From an uncultured virus (IMG/VR IMGVR_UViG_3300040974_000011) (taxonomy: Duplodnaviria; Heunggongvirae; Uroviricota; Caudoviricetes), in IMG/VR virus record IMGVR_UViG_3300040974_000011: 64,000 nt of DNA. The stretch is one strand, 5' to 3'. Made by a program: the position numbers and the translations under genes. Shown piece by piece: positions 9,011 through 19,111 of this stretch. A model generated the notes under the pieces. It was given only the letters and a program-made list of their open reading frames with translations. It was not told the DNA's origin and searched no databases. Every line of letters starts with the position of its first letter. Position 1 is the first letter of the stretch.

Positions 9011-10453
9011 ATGTGGATGATGGACCGCCTCACCAACCTCATCACGGGGTTGGGAACAGGGAAGGACAAGGGCACCGCCGCCCGGTTCCGCTTCAACCCG
9101 ATCGGGCCGGGTGAACTGACAGCGGCCTACCGCTCATCTTGGCTTCCGCGCAAGGTCATCGACATCCCGGCTGCGGACATGACCCGCGCTTGGCGGTCAT
9201 GGCAGGCTGAGGAAGACCAGATTGAGCTGATCGAGGCCACTGAGAAGCGCCTCAAGCTGCAGTCGAAAGTCAAGCTCGCGAAGCAGTGGGCTCGTCTCTA
9301 TGGCGGCGCCGGCATCTACATCGGCACGAACGACATCGACCTCTCGCAGGAACTGATCCCCGAGCGGGTCGGCCGAGACGGCATCACCTACCTGCACGTT
9401 ATGACCCGTTGGGAATTGGCGGCGCAGGATCTGATCCTTGATCCGCTTTCGCCCTACTTCGGCGAGCCAAGCTTCTACAGCCTCGGCGCAGGCGACCGGG
9501 CCGGCATCACGATCCACCCATCACGCATCATCCGGTTCGTCGGGCGGCCGATCCCGCGGTTCGCGGCCGGCGCCGAGCGCTGGGGCGATAGCGAGCTTCA
9601 GGTGATCGACGATGCGCTGAAACAGGCAGGTGTCTCGCTCGCGCAGGTGGCCACGCTGTTCAACGAGGCCAAGACAGACATCATCTCCGTCCCGGGTCTG
9701 ACGAGCATTCTCGCCACGCAGGAAGGCACGGACAGGCTCACAAGCCGGTTCGCCAACGCCGCCCTGCTCAAGAGCGCGCACAACGTGCTGCTGCTCCAAG
9801 GCGGCGATGAGGCCTCGGCCGAGAAGTGGGAGACCCGGCAGATTGATTTCGCGGGCTTCCCGCCGATCCTGCAACTCTATCTCAAGGTCGCAGCCGGTGC
9901 CGCCGATATCCCGGTCACCCGTCTGCTGAACGACTCGCCCTCCGGCATGCAGTCTACCGGCGACAGCGACACAACCAACTATTACGACCGCCTCGCCGCC
10001 GAGCAGCATACGGACCTGTCGCCTGAGCTTGAGCGCGGCGACGAGATGATCATCCGCTCGGCGCTAGGCCAGCGGCCGCCGGAGGTGCACTACAACTGGA
10101 ACCCGCTCTGGCAGATGAGCGATGCCCAGAAGGCCGATATTCGCCTGAAGCGTGCTCAGACGACCCAGATTTACGCCGGCATGGGCCTCGTCCCCGATGA
10201 GGTGTTGGAGCAGGGTGTTCGAAACGCCTTGATCGAGAGCGGCGAGTTCCCTGGCATCGAAGCGGCCTATGCCGACTATGACGCCAAGGTCGAAGCCGGC
10301 GAGATAGATCCGGACGGTGGCGATGAGCCGACAGAGCCGCCCGCAATGCGTAGTGTGGCGGCGCTTCTGGCCGAAGCGGGGCAGAGGCAGCTAGGCGGGC
10401 CGCAGGGTACTGGCCCTGCGACGCGGGCACCAGCAGATGCGCGGGACGTATAG
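9011..10453 (+). CDS. portal protein (DUF1073-like)
   Basis: Follows terL; ARLYGG, AADIPVTRL...SPSG..STG.SD..NYYD motifs. Confidence 0.85.
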   Translation: MWMMDRLTNLITGLGTGKDKGTAARFRFNPIGPGELTAAYRSSWLPRKVIDIPAADMTRAWRSWQAEEDQIELIEATEKRLKLQSKVKLAKQWARLYGGAGIYIGTNDIDLSQELIPERVGRDGITYLHVMTRWELAAQDLILDPLSPYFGEPSFYSLGAGDRAGITIHPSRIIRFVGRPIPRFAAGAERWGDSELQVIDDALKQAGVSLAQVATLFNEAKTDIISVPGLTSILATQEGTDRLTSRFANAALLKSAHNVLLLQGGDEASAEKWETRQIDFAGFPPILQLYLKVAAGAADIPVTRLLNDSPSGMQSTGDSDTTNYYDRLAAEQHTDLSPELERGDEMIIRSALGQRPPEVHYNWNPLWQMSDAQKADIRLKRAQTTQIYAGMGLVPDEVLEQGVRNALIESGEFPGIEAAYADYDAKVEAGEIDPDGGDEPTEPPAMRSVAALLAEAGQRQLGGPQGTGPATRAPADARDV

Positions 10454-11351
10454 CCTCGCGGCGCTGGCGAAGCGGGGCGGCCACAAGCGCGCCCGCACGG
10501 CGCTCAGCCCGATAGCCTCGCGTAAGTCGGACAGAGAGGCGCTGAGGCGCATCATCGTTTCCGTGGTGGATGGCGGCGCAGATGAGCGCGAACGCCTTCT
10601 TCGCCTCGCTAATGCGGCGCAGGTGGGCATCACGCAGGACGACATCGGCCTCGACGGCGGCATACGGGACTTTCGGGCCTCGCAGCAGTCTCGGTTGGGA
10701 CGGGCGACACTGGCGATCCAAGGCTGGGTCAACAAGGTTGCCTCTCGGTTCGATCTACGTTGGGTTCAGGCGGTCAAGTCGGCTCTCGGCGTGGACATCT
10801 CGCCGCTCGTTCATGCCGGCGATCTGCAGACCGTTCTCGGCCTCGTGACGCAGAAGCTGACGACGCACATCAGCGGTCTCGCCAGCGACGTCGCCAACCG
10901 TATCGAAGCCGGTCTAATTGACCTCATTACAAAGGGCGCTTCCACCAAGGCCAAGGCTGCCGTGATGGTGGAGGCGGTCGCCAAGGCTCGCAGGGCTGCT
11001 GAAGCCACCGCCAAGCGCGAGACCGAGACCTTCAACGCGGTGCTGAACCAGTTCCGGCAGACCCAGGCGGGGATCACGCAGTATGAGTGGTGGACCCGCC
11101 AGGACGAGCGGGTCCGCGGACGCCCTGGTGGGCTCTACCCAAAGGCCCGGCCGTCACATTGGGCTCGGCAAGGCCGCATATTCTCGTGGTCAACGCCGCC
11201 CGAGGACGGGCACCCTGGCGAAGCGCACGGCTGTCGCTGTGTGGCTCGGCCAGTGGTCACGATGGCTCCTGCGAAACCGATGCCCGATCCCAATCGCGCG
11301 CGCCTGGCTGGCCTGCGCGCCGTAGCCGGCGAGTTCGGCCTCAGCCTCTAG
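10437..11351 (+). CDS. head morphogenesis protein (SPP1 gp7/MuF-like)
   Basis: YEWWTRQDERVR...H...HPGEAHGCRCVARP. Confidence 0.85.
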   Translation: MRGTYSLAALAKRGGHKRARTALSPIASRKSDREALRRIIVSVVDGGADERERLLRLANAAQVGITQDDIGLDGGIRDFRASQQSRLGRATLAIQGWVNKVASRFDLRWVQAVKSALGVDISPLVHAGDLQTVLGLVTQKLTTHISGLASDVANRIEAGLIDLITKGASTKAKAAVMVEAVAKARRAAEATAKRETETFNAVLNQFRQTQAGITQYEWWTRQDERVRGRPGGLYPKARPSHWARQGRIFSWSTPPEDGHPGEAHGCRCVARPVVTMAPAKPMPDPNRARLAGLRAVAGEFGLSL

Positions 11352-11361
11352 GCGAAGCGCC

Positions 11362-12573
11362 ATGCAGTTCTTTGACACGATCAACCTCGGCCAAGCGGTC
11401 GAGATCACGGGCACGCGCGAGACCCGCAACGGCTCGCTCGTCGTCAACGCCCGAGCAGCCCGCGGCGGCAACGTGCAGGATTACCTCGGCGTCGAGGTCG
11501 ATCGCCCCGATATGCCGGTCGTGCGCGTCTATCGCGATGCTGACGAGATCTTCCACAAGGACAGCCTCAAGACTTTCGGCCACAAGCCGGTGACCCTGAA
11601 CCATCCGCCCGCGCCGGTCACCAGCCGGACGTGGAAGGATGTGGCCCGGGGCCATACCGGCGAGGAAGTCCTACGAGACGGCGAGTTCGTCCGCATTCCC
11701 ATGATGGTGTCGGACCAAGCGGCGATCGACGCCGTGAAGGGCGGCCATCGCGAGCTGAGCGTCGGCTACCAGTGCGATCTGGACTGGACCCCTGGCGTCT
11801 CGCCGAGCGGGCAGGCCTACGACGCTCGCCAAATCAAAATCATCGTCGACCACGTCGCGATCGTCGATCGCGGGCGAGCCGGCCCTGACTGCCGCATCGG
11901 GGATGAGCACCCCGCCGATGCTGTGAAAACCATGCGGGCGCTCACCACCGCAGACAGGGACCCACCCTCCATGCACAAGCTGACGATTGATGGTGTGACC
12001 ATCGACCTGTCGGACACGGCCCGCGAGGTGGTGTCCAAGCTGCAGGACTCTCACGCCAAGGCCCTCACGGACACCCAGACGGCTCAGGCCGCGCTGGCTG
12101 ACGCTCATACCGCTCATGCCAACGCCATCCAAGCGAAGGATGGCGAGATCGCTGCTCTGAAGGCGCAGCATCAGTCCGCCATTGAGGCCAAGGACGGCGA
12201 GATTGCCGCGACCAAGGCCATGATCCCCGATGCCGCCAAGCTCGACGTGCTGGCCGCTGGTCGCGCCGAGCTGATCGGTAAGGCGAAGGCGATCCTCGGC
12301 GATGCGTTCGTCGCTGCGGGCAAGCCCGATGCCGAGATCCGCAAGGCCGTGGTCTCGCATGCTCTCGGCGACGCCGCCAAGGACATGACCGACGCTGCCA
12401 TTGAGGGCGCGTTCGCCGTCGTCTCGGCAGGCAAGGTCGCCGTGGATCCGGTGCGCCGTGTGCTCAGCGATGCCCGAAACGTGCCGGTCACTGACGCCGC
12501 CTCCGCTCACCGCGAGATGCTGGACCGCATGTCCAGCGCTTGGAAGCACTCCGACGCGAAGGGGAACGCCTGA
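11362..12573 (+). CDS. DUF2213 prohead protease/scaffold
   Basis: KPVTLNHP, ELSVGY, DHVAIVDRGRAG; coiled C-terminus. Confidence 0.85.
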   Translation: MQFFDTINLGQAVEITGTRETRNGSLVVNARAARGGNVQDYLGVEVDRPDMPVVRVYRDADEIFHKDSLKTFGHKPVTLNHPPAPVTSRTWKDVARGHTGEEVLRDGEFVRIPMMVSDQAAIDAVKGGHRELSVGYQCDLDWTPGVSPSGQAYDARQIKIIVDHVAIVDRGRAGPDCRIGDEHPADAVKTMRALTTADRDPPSMHKLTIDGVTIDLSDTAREVVSKLQDSHAKALTDTQTAQAALADAHTAHANAIQAKDGEIAALKAQHQSAIEAKDGEIAATKAMIPDAAKLDVLAAGRAELIGKAKAILGDAFVAAGKPDAEIRKAVVSHALGDAAKDMTDAAIEGAFAVVSAGKVAVDPVRRVLSDARNVPVTDAASAHREMLDRMSSAWKHSDAKGNA

Positions 12574-13049
12574 TGCCCGCGCTCCAGACCTCCTATGGTC
12601 CGTACCTCACGCCGGCCTTCGCCGGCATGGTCGCGGACATGCGCCCCAACACCGTAATCTCTCGCGAGGTTGAGGGCAACGTCTCGCTGCCGTTCGGCGC
12701 CGTCACTCTGCGCGGCGCGACCGATCACGGCTGCGGTCCGTTCGGCCTCGCGAATGCCAAGGGTTTCCTCGGCATCGCCGTGTTTTCGGCTTCGGTTCGC
12801 CCGACGAACCCGACCCTGAACGCCTACGCCCCAGCAGGTGCGTCCAGCGTCACGGGCGCCGACACCGCGGCGATCTGCACCCGCGGCCCGGTGTGGGTCA
12901 ACGTCGCCGTCGCCGTCACGAACGGCGATGACGCCTACTACGACGCCTCCGGCAATATCACCAACGTGTCGACGAGCAACACTGCCATGAACGGCAAGTT
13001 CGAGACGACCACGTCGGGCGCCGGCCTCGCCATTCTCGTCCTCCGCTGA
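12573..13049 (+). CDS. head decoration/cement protein
   Basis: Lies between scaffold and capsid; GPVWV motif. Confidence 0.7.
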   Translation: MPALQTSYGPYLTPAFAGMVADMRPNTVISREVEGNVSLPFGAVTLRGATDHGCGPFGLANAKGFLGIAVFSASVRPTNPTLNAYAPAGASSVTGADTAAICTRGPVWVNVAVAVTNGDDAYYDASGNITNVSTSNTAMNGKFETTTSGAGLAILVLR

Positions 13050-13072
13050 CGCCTGTCCAGGAGATAATTCAC

Positions 13073-14020
13073 ATGTACTTCGCCCAGGATGCGGCGCAGG
13101 CGGCGGAAAGCTTCCTGGTGTCGCAGCTCACCTACATCGAGCCTCAGGTCTATCGGGTTCAGTACCCGAACATCCGCTATCCGGAGATCGTGCCTGTCGA
13201 CACCTCGGCCCCGCCGTGGATCCCGTCCGTCACGTACTTCTCGCTCGACGGTGCGGGCAAGGCCAATTGGTTTAACGGCCGCGCCCAGGACGTGCCGCTC
13301 GCGGAACTGCTCCGTGCCAAGTACGAGACCCCGGTCAAGATGGCCGCTATCGGCTACGAGTACGACCTAGAGGAGCTGAACCAGGCCATCATGCTCGGCC
13401 GCGATCTGACCACCGACAAGGCGTACTATGCGCGCCTCGCCGCTGAGCAGTTCGTGGACAAGGCCGCCATCTTCGGCGACTCCGCGCAGGGGTTCCTCGG
13501 CATCGCCAACAACCCGACCGTTACCACGGGCACGGCGGCGGCCGGCGCCAGCGGCGGCACCACATGGTCGGGCGGCAAGACCCCCGGCGAGATCCTGAAG
13601 GACGTGAACACCGCGCTCACGGGCACCTTCAAGAGCACCAACGCGGTCGAACTGGCCGATACGCTGCTTCTGCCGCTGGATGCGTTCGGCTACGCCGCCT
13701 CGACCCAGCTCAACCAGAACAGCGACAAGACCATCCTCGCGTGGCTGACGACCAACAACGTCTACACGCAGCGCACCGGCCGTCCGCTGACCATCATCCC
13801 GGTCTGGGGCCTCGATACTGCCGGCTCCGGCGGCACCTCGCGCATGGTCACCTACTGGCGCGACCCGACCGTCGTGAAGATGCACATGCCGATGCCGTTC
13901 CAGTTCGTCGGCGGCATCTGGCGCGATGGTCCGATGCTCTGGAAGGTTCCGGGCGCCTTCCGCTTCGGTGGCGTGGACATCAAGCGTCCGGCTGCCTTCC
14001 GCTACGTCGACGGCATCTAA
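13073..14020 (+). CDS. major capsid protein (DUF2184-like)
   Basis: SQLTYIEP...GYEYDLEEL...GGVDIKRPAAFRYVDGI. Confidence 0.9.
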   Translation: MYFAQDAAQAAESFLVSQLTYIEPQVYRVQYPNIRYPEIVPVDTSAPPWIPSVTYFSLDGAGKANWFNGRAQDVPLAELLRAKYETPVKMAAIGYEYDLEELNQAIMLGRDLTTDKAYYARLAAEQFVDKAAIFGDSAQGFLGIANNPTVTTGTAAAGASGGTTWSGGKTPGEILKDVNTALTGTFKSTNAVELADTLLLPLDAFGYAASTQLNQNSDKTILAWLTTNNVYTQRTGRPLTIIPVWGLDTAGSGGTSRMVTYWRDPTVVKMHMPMPFQFVGGIWRDGPMLWKVPGAFRFGGVDIKRPAAFRYVDGI

Positions 14021-14033
14021 GGGGAGATTGGCG

Positions 14034-14396
14034 ATGAAAAAGACGATCACCAATCTCGCCCGCGGCCCGCGCCTGTTCAATGTGGGCGAGAAGGGCAAGG
14101 CCACGGCCAATCAGATCACGATCATGCCCGGCGAGACCGCTGAGATCAACCTGCAGGATCATGAGCACCCGGTCGTCAAGGCCATGCTCGCGGCCGGCGA
14201 GATCGCGTTCGGCAAGGATGGCGAGAAGTCCGCCCAAGACGAGGAGCGGGTTGAGCCGAAGGGCGCCAACCTCGACGCCATGTCGGAGGATGAGCTGAAG
14301 GCCTACCTCAAGGAGTATGGGGCCTCCGTGCAGGGCAACCCAAACCGCGAGACGCTGATGAAGCGCGCTCGTGAGGTGGCGGCGGCTCGCGCCTAA
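14034..14396 (+). CDS. hypothetical head-region protein
   Basis: GGAG RBS; follows the capsid gene. Confidence 0.6.
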   Translation: MKKTITNLARGPRLFNVGEKGKATANQITIMPGETAEINLQDHEHPVVKAMLAAGEIAFGKDGEKSAQDEERVEPKGANLDAMSEDELKAYLKEYGASVQGNPNRETLMKRAREVAAARA

Positions 14397-14399
14397 GCC

Positions 14400-14861
14400 A
14401 TGGCTCTCCAGCCCCCGACCGTAGCGGAGTTCAAAGCCCGCTACCCGAACCTCCAGGGTCGCAGCGACGAGCTTATCGGGCTGCTGCTCCAAGAGGCGAC
14501 GGGGGCGGTGGATGAGACGTGGATCCTGGCCGACCAGAAGCCGGCCATGCTCGCCTACGCCGCGCACCTGTTCGCGGTGGAGTTCACGGGCGCTCAGAAC
14601 CTGACGCTACCGGATGGGTCTACCTATACCACCGGTGGACCGCTCAGTAGCGTCAGCGTGGGACCGGTAAGCGTGTCGTTCGCGTCCGGCGAGTCCTTCG
14701 CCAACGCGCAGCAGTACGCGGCCACGAACGGCCTCTCGGCGACCGACTACGGCCGGCGCTACCTGCAACTGCTCCGGCGCAACAAGCCGCCCGTCGCGGT
14801 GGCGAGTGCGCCTGTGGCGGTCGCGGGCATGATCCCAGGCTGGGACTGGGGCTTCTACTAA
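14400..14861 (+). CDS. head-tail adaptor (DUF4054-like)
   Basis: FKARYP...AAHL...SVSVGPVSVSF...TDYGRRYLQL. Confidence 0.8.
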   Translation: MALQPPTVAEFKARYPNLQGRSDELIGLLLQEATGAVDETWILADQKPAMLAYAAHLFAVEFTGAQNLTLPDGSTYTTGGPLSSVSVGPVSVSFASGESFANAQQYAATNGLSATDYGRRYLQLLRRNKPPVAVASAPVAVAGMIPGWDWGFY

Positions 14862-15368
14862 GTGGCCCTCAAAGTGCTCGGCGCTGGCTTCCCGCTCGTC
14901 GTGCGGGCGGTCCTCGCCATGTCCCGTGAGCGCGTGCTGATCGGCATTCCTGCGGACGGCCCGGCCCGGCGTGAACCCAACGCCCCATCGAATGCCGTGA
15001 TCGGCTACGTGATGGAGACGGGTTCTCCGGCCCACAACATTCCGGCCCGTCAGTTTCTTGTGCCGGGCCTGCGCGATGCCCAGCCCGCGGCGGTAAGTAT
15101 CCTCAAACAAGCAGCGGTCAACGCCCTCAAGGACGTGGCCGCGCTGAAGACCACGGCGTCGAACGGCGGCGCGGTTGCCCAGGGCTTGGAGGCGGTCGGC
15201 GTGGTTGGCCGCGATGCGGTCCGAGCCAAGATCGACAGCGGTCCCTTCAAGGCGTTGGCCCCCCGCACGATCGCCGGACGCCAAGCTCGCGGCAACTCCA
15301 GCACCGACCCGCTGAAGGACACGCTGCAGCTTCAGCAAGCCGTCACATACCGCGTCGAGAAGAAGTAG
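14862..15368 (+). CDS. neck/virion morphogenesis protein
   Basis: NAVIGYVMETG...NIPARQFL...LAPRTI...PLKDT. Confidence 0.75.
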   Translation: MALKVLGAGFPLVVRAVLAMSRERVLIGIPADGPARREPNAPSNAVIGYVMETGSPAHNIPARQFLVPGLRDAQPAAVSILKQAAVNALKDVAALKTTASNGGAVAQGLEAVGVVGRDAVRAKIDSGPFKALAPRTIAGRQARGNSSTDPLKDTLQLQQAVTYRVEKK

Positions 15369-15372
15369 CCCG

Positions 15373-15753
15373 ATGCAGCTCGCCGCGCTCGTGGCCTTCG
15401 TGCCGCAACTCCAGTTCTTTAGGAACGATAGCCTGTTCCTGATCCAGACGGTCGCTCCGGTCGATGAGAGCGGCACCCCACAGCCGTCTCACAACGCGAT
15501 CCCCTTCTCGGGCGCCGTTGACCCATCGCAGAGCGAGACCTTGAACCGAATGCTTGAGGGGCAGAACCTCTCGGGTGCCATCATGGTCGTCACCAGCCAG
15601 CCTCTGTCTGCCGGGTCTGAAAACCGAGCCTCTGACACGATCCAGTGGTGCGGGCGCCTCTACTCGGTGCAGCGGGTCGCTGACTTCTCCGAGGGCGGCA
15701 TCGGCATCCGACAGGCGGCCTGCACGCTGATCGGCGTCAATCCCGCACTGTAG
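15373..15753 (+). CDS. head closure protein
   Basis: Position and DTIQWCGRLYSV motif. Confidence 0.6.
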   Translation: MQLAALVAFVPQLQFFRNDSLFLIQTVAPVDESGTPQPSHNAIPFSGAVDPSQSETLNRMLEGQNLSGAIMVVTSQPLSAGSENRASDTIQWCGRLYSVQRVADFSEGGIGIRQAACTLIGVNPAL

Positions 15754-15765
15754 ACGAGACACAGC

Positions 15766-16392
15766 ATGGCGAACGATAGCGCCAGCGGCGGCTACCTTGT
15801 CCCGACGTCGCCGCCCCCGGCCGCAGATCTCGCCCTCGACAAGCTCCTTCAGCAGATTATGGCGGGCATCACGGGACTGCCGGCCAACATGGTCCGGCCC
15901 CGCACGCAGCCGAATGACCCGATTACGGGCAAGCCCGTCACCACGATCCCGGGCGCCGACAAGGACTGGTGCGCGATCGAGGTGACCGACTTCGACCCCG
16001 ACGCGATGCCGGCCCAGATCCACGTGCCTGATGGTGTCGGCTACACGATCCTGCGCCGCTCGGCGCGCCTGAGCGTCCTCGCCAGCTTCTGCGGCCCCAA
16101 CAGCGACTACTACGCCAATCTCGCCTCTGACGCCCTCTGTGTGCCTCAGAACCGCGAGGCGATGAGAGGGCAGGGGCTCAACTTTCTCTCGTCCGACACG
16201 ATCCGGCGCGTGCCCGACATCGTCAATAGCTCAAACCGCCGCCGAGCCGACCTGCCGATACGCTTCGTACAGGCGATTGAGCGCCGATACGAAATTCGCA
16301 ACGTCGCTGTGCTGTCCGGCAAGCTCACTGGCGTGAACGGCTCGGGCGCTATTACCGACCCGCTGAGCACCGTCCCGCCTCCCGGCGCTTGA
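15766..16392 (+). CDS. tail terminator/completion protein
   Basis: GITGLPANMVRPR...QNRE...RRADL; precedes the sheath gene. Confidence 0.7.
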   Translation: MANDSASGGYLVPTSPPPAADLALDKLLQQIMAGITGLPANMVRPRTQPNDPITGKPVTTIPGADKDWCAIEVTDFDPDAMPAQIHVPDGVGYTILRRSARLSVLASFCGPNSDYYANLASDALCVPQNREAMRGQGLNFLSSDTIRRVPDIVNSSNRRRADLPIRFVQAIERRYEIRNVAVLSGKLTGVNGSGAITDPLSTVPPPGA

Positions 16393-16448
16393 CGCTCTCC
16401 ACCAATCCCGATCCACCTACCAGGGACGCCGGTCGACGGCGCTTTGCT

Positions 16449-17963
16449 ATGGCTGCTGGCCTCAACGTCGCCGACTTCGTCCGCGTCTCCGTCTCACTTC
16501 AGCCCGCCGCTGCGCTCTATCGCGGGTTCGGCAACGGCCTCGTCGTCGGCTCGACCCCCGCCGTGATCGACGTCGCCGAGCGGCTGCGCCTCTACACCTC
16601 GCTGGACGGTGTCGCGCAGGACTTCGGCACGACCGCCCCTGAGACTTTGGCCGCCACCCTGCACTTCAGCCAAGACCCGCAGCCCGCTCAGCTCTACGTC
16701 GGTCGCTGGGCCCAGAGCGCCACGGCCGGCAACCTGCACGGCGCTGTGCTGACGCCGTCGCAGCAGCTTCTGAGCAACTTCACGGCCATCTCCAACGGCT
16801 CGCTGCGGATCTCGGTCGATGGCACACAGCGCGATCTGACCGCCCTGAACTTCTCGGGCGCCCTCAACCTGAACGGCGTCGCGCAGATCCTGCAGACGGC
16901 TCTGGCGGCGGTCGCCAGCGGGTCCACTGTGAAATGGGACTCGGTCCAGAAGCGCTTCACGGTCACGTCAGGCACCACCGGGCCGACTTCTTCGGTCAGC
17001 TACGGGTCGGCGGTTTCGCCCGCCAGCGGCACCGACGTGTCCACGCTGTTCCACTTCACCAGCGCGGACGCCTCGGCGCCCGTCATCGGGCAGACCGCGG
17101 AAAGCCTTGTCTCGGCCGTGGCTGCGCTCGCAGACCGGTCGGGCGATTGGTACTCGCTGCAGGTTGCCACCGCCACGCCTCCGGCCGATGCCGACCATAT
17201 CGCTGCTGCGACTTTCATCGAGGGCCTGAGCACGACCCAGTCGCGCATCTACGGGCTGACGATCCAGAACACGAACGCGCTGGACAGCACTACGTCGGCC
17301 GATCTCGGCAGCCAGCTTCAGACCCTGAACCTCGCCCGGACCTACTACCAGTTCTCGGGCAACAATCCGTATGCGGCACAGTCGATCTTCGGCCGCGCCG
17401 CGACGGTGGACTTCTCCGGCTCCAACACCACGATCACGCTGGCCTATAAGCGCGAGCCGGGTGTCGTCGCCGAGAACATCACCGAGAGCCAGTTCGCGAC
17501 GCTTCAGCGTAAGAACTACAACGTCTTCACGAATGTCAACAACGGCACGGCCATCGTGTTCGCCGGCAAGATGGCGAACGGCGATTACTTCGATGAGCGC
17601 CACGGCGCCGACTGGTTGCAGAACCGCATCCAAACCGACGTCTACAACCTGCTCTACCTCTCGCCGACCAAGATCCCGCAGACCGATGCGGGCATGAACC
17701 AGATCAAGGCGGTCATCACTGCCGCCTGTCAGGTCGCCGTCAACAACGGGTTCGTCGCGGGCGGGCGGGTTTGGACAGGGCCGAGCATCGGCGCGCTCAA
17801 GACCGGCGATACGCTCACCTCCGGCTTCTACATCTTCGCGCCTGCGGTCTCCACGCAGAGCGACGCAGATCGGTATGCCCGCAAGTCGGTCCCCTTCCAG
17901 GTGTGCCTGACGCTCGCCGGCGCCGTGCACCTGATCACCATTTCTGCCCTCCTCAACCGCTGA
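16449..17963 (+). CDS. tail sheath protein (DUF3383-like)
   Basis: LYVGRW, YFDERHGADWLQN, KIPQTDAG, LAGAVH motifs. Confidence 0.9.
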   Translation: MAAGLNVADFVRVSVSLQPAAALYRGFGNGLVVGSTPAVIDVAERLRLYTSLDGVAQDFGTTAPETLAATLHFSQDPQPAQLYVGRWAQSATAGNLHGAVLTPSQQLLSNFTAISNGSLRISVDGTQRDLTALNFSGALNLNGVAQILQTALAAVASGSTVKWDSVQKRFTVTSGTTGPTSSVSYGSAVSPASGTDVSTLFHFTSADASAPVIGQTAESLVSAVAALADRSGDWYSLQVATATPPADADHIAAATFIEGLSTTQSRIYGLTIQNTNALDSTTSADLGSQLQTLNLARTYYQFSGNNPYAAQSIFGRAATVDFSGSNTTITLAYKREPGVVAENITESQFATLQRKNYNVFTNVNNGTAIVFAGKMANGDYFDERHGADWLQNRIQTDVYNLLYLSPTKIPQTDAGMNQIKAVITAACQVAVNNGFVAGGRVWTGPSIGALKTGDTLTSGFYIFAPAVSTQSDADRYARKSVPFQVCLTLAGAVHLITISALLNR

Positions 17964-17979
17964 CCCGGGGCCGCACGCT

Positions 17980-18450
17980 ATGGATCCCATCGCTTATTCG
18001 TTCATCGACGTTCAGGCCGCTATTGAGGGCCCCGGCGGCAACTTCTCGGTCTCTGAAGGCGGCGTCGCCAAGGAGGGCATCACGATCGAGATGATCGATG
18101 ATGACTCCACGATGCTCGGCGGCGCCGACGGCACGGGCATGCACTCGGCCCGCGCTTCCCGTGCCGGCCGGGTTACGATCCGCCTTCTCAAGAACAGCCC
18201 GATCAACCGCAAGCTGATGGACATGCGCAATGCCCAGAAGGCCGGCGGTCTCGTCGGCGGCGCATTCACCGGGCGCAACATCCTGACGCTCACCAACCCC
18301 TACTGGGGCGACGACTATCAGTGCCGGGCCGGCGCGTTCGGCAAGGCTCCGAACGTCACCTATGCCGAGGACGGCAACACCAACGAGTGGGTGATGAATT
18401 TCATCTACATCGACTCGGTGCTCGGCGACGGCTCGCTGGTGCAGGGCTGA
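17980..18450 (+). CDS. tail tube protein (DUF3277-like)
   Basis: YSFIDV...GADG.GMHS...GRVTIRLLKNSP. Confidence 0.85.
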   Translation: MDPIAYSFIDVQAAIEGPGGNFSVSEGGVAKEGITIEMIDDDSTMLGGADGTGMHSARASRAGRVTIRLLKNSPINRKLMDMRNAQKAGGLVGGAFTGRNILTLTNPYWGDDYQCRAGAFGKAPNVTYAEDGNTNEWVMNFIYIDSVLGDGSLVQG

Positions 18451-18455
18451 TCCTC

Positions 18456-18911
18456 ATGGCTGAGTTCTCGGTCAACGGCCGCCAGTACCGCTCCGGCATG
18501 ATGCCTGCCCGCACGCAGTTCCACGTCATGCGCCGCATGGCTCCGATCCTGCCGACCATGCAGTCTGCGATCATGGCCAGCATGAAGGTGAAGATGGCGC
18601 AGGATGCGGGCGAACCGATCACGGGCAATGCGCAGGAAGCCGCCGTCAGCGCCGGCCTCGACTTCATCGCGGCAATCGGTACCCTAACCGACGAGAACGC
18701 CAACTACATCCTTGATAACTGCCTCGCAGTCGTCGACGTGCGACAGGACGAGTTCTCGGGTAAGTGGTCGAAGCTGCGCGGCCCAGGCGGCTCCATGTTC
18801 GACCTCGACATGATGTCCGAATTGGAGATCGTGAAGGAGGTCGTGCAGGACAACTACGGCCCTTTTTTTCAAGGGGTAGCCGCTCGCCTGAGCAACGCGG
18901 TCGCCGCCTAG
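18456..18911 (+). CDS. tail assembly chaperone (G-like)
   Basis: Follows the tube gene; QFHVMRRMAP motif; ends just past a T7 slippery run. Confidence 0.75.
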   Translation: MAEFSVNGRQYRSGMMPARTQFHVMRRMAPILPTMQSAIMASMKVKMAQDAGEPITGNAQEAAVSAGLDFIAAIGTLTDENANYILDNCLAVVDVRQDEFSGKWSKLRGPGGSMFDLDMMSELEIVKEVVQDNYGPFFQGVAARLSNAVAA

Positions 18912-19099
18912 ACATAGATCTCGCTCGCATGGAAGACGGCGAGGAGTTCTATATGGCTCCGATCCCGTTGGGGTATTACCGCTACACTGACCTGCTGGAA
19001 GGCCCTCTGTCGATCGAGCATATCGCGGAAATTAACGAAGCGATGGCTTATTCGACTGAAAACGAGTATAGAGCTAGGGACGCTCAGAAGAGCGGATAG
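18863..19099 (+). CDS. -1 frameshift extension of the tail assembly chaperone (GT-like)
   Basis: T TTT TTT at 18863-18869; the -1 frame is open to 19099 (GEEFYMAP...YTDLLEG.LSIEHIAEINEA). Confidence 0.7.
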   Translation, partial: FFSRGSRSPEQRGRRLDIDLARMEDGEEFYMAPIPLGYYRYTDLLEGPLSIEHIAEINEAMAYSTENEYRARDAQKSG

Positions 19100-19111
19100 C
19101 TCTAGGTCATC

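Noticed and set aside
9011..10453. Anti-CBASS Acb1 label often attached to DUF1073 proteins
   Set aside because: Position after terL and the motifs indicate a portal; no HxT phosphoesterase domain seen
11671..17990. Long antisense ORFs over structural genes (e.g. 11671-12549, 13367-14110, 16968-17990)
   Set aside because: Expected shadows of GC-rich codon usage; no RBS or protein-like features
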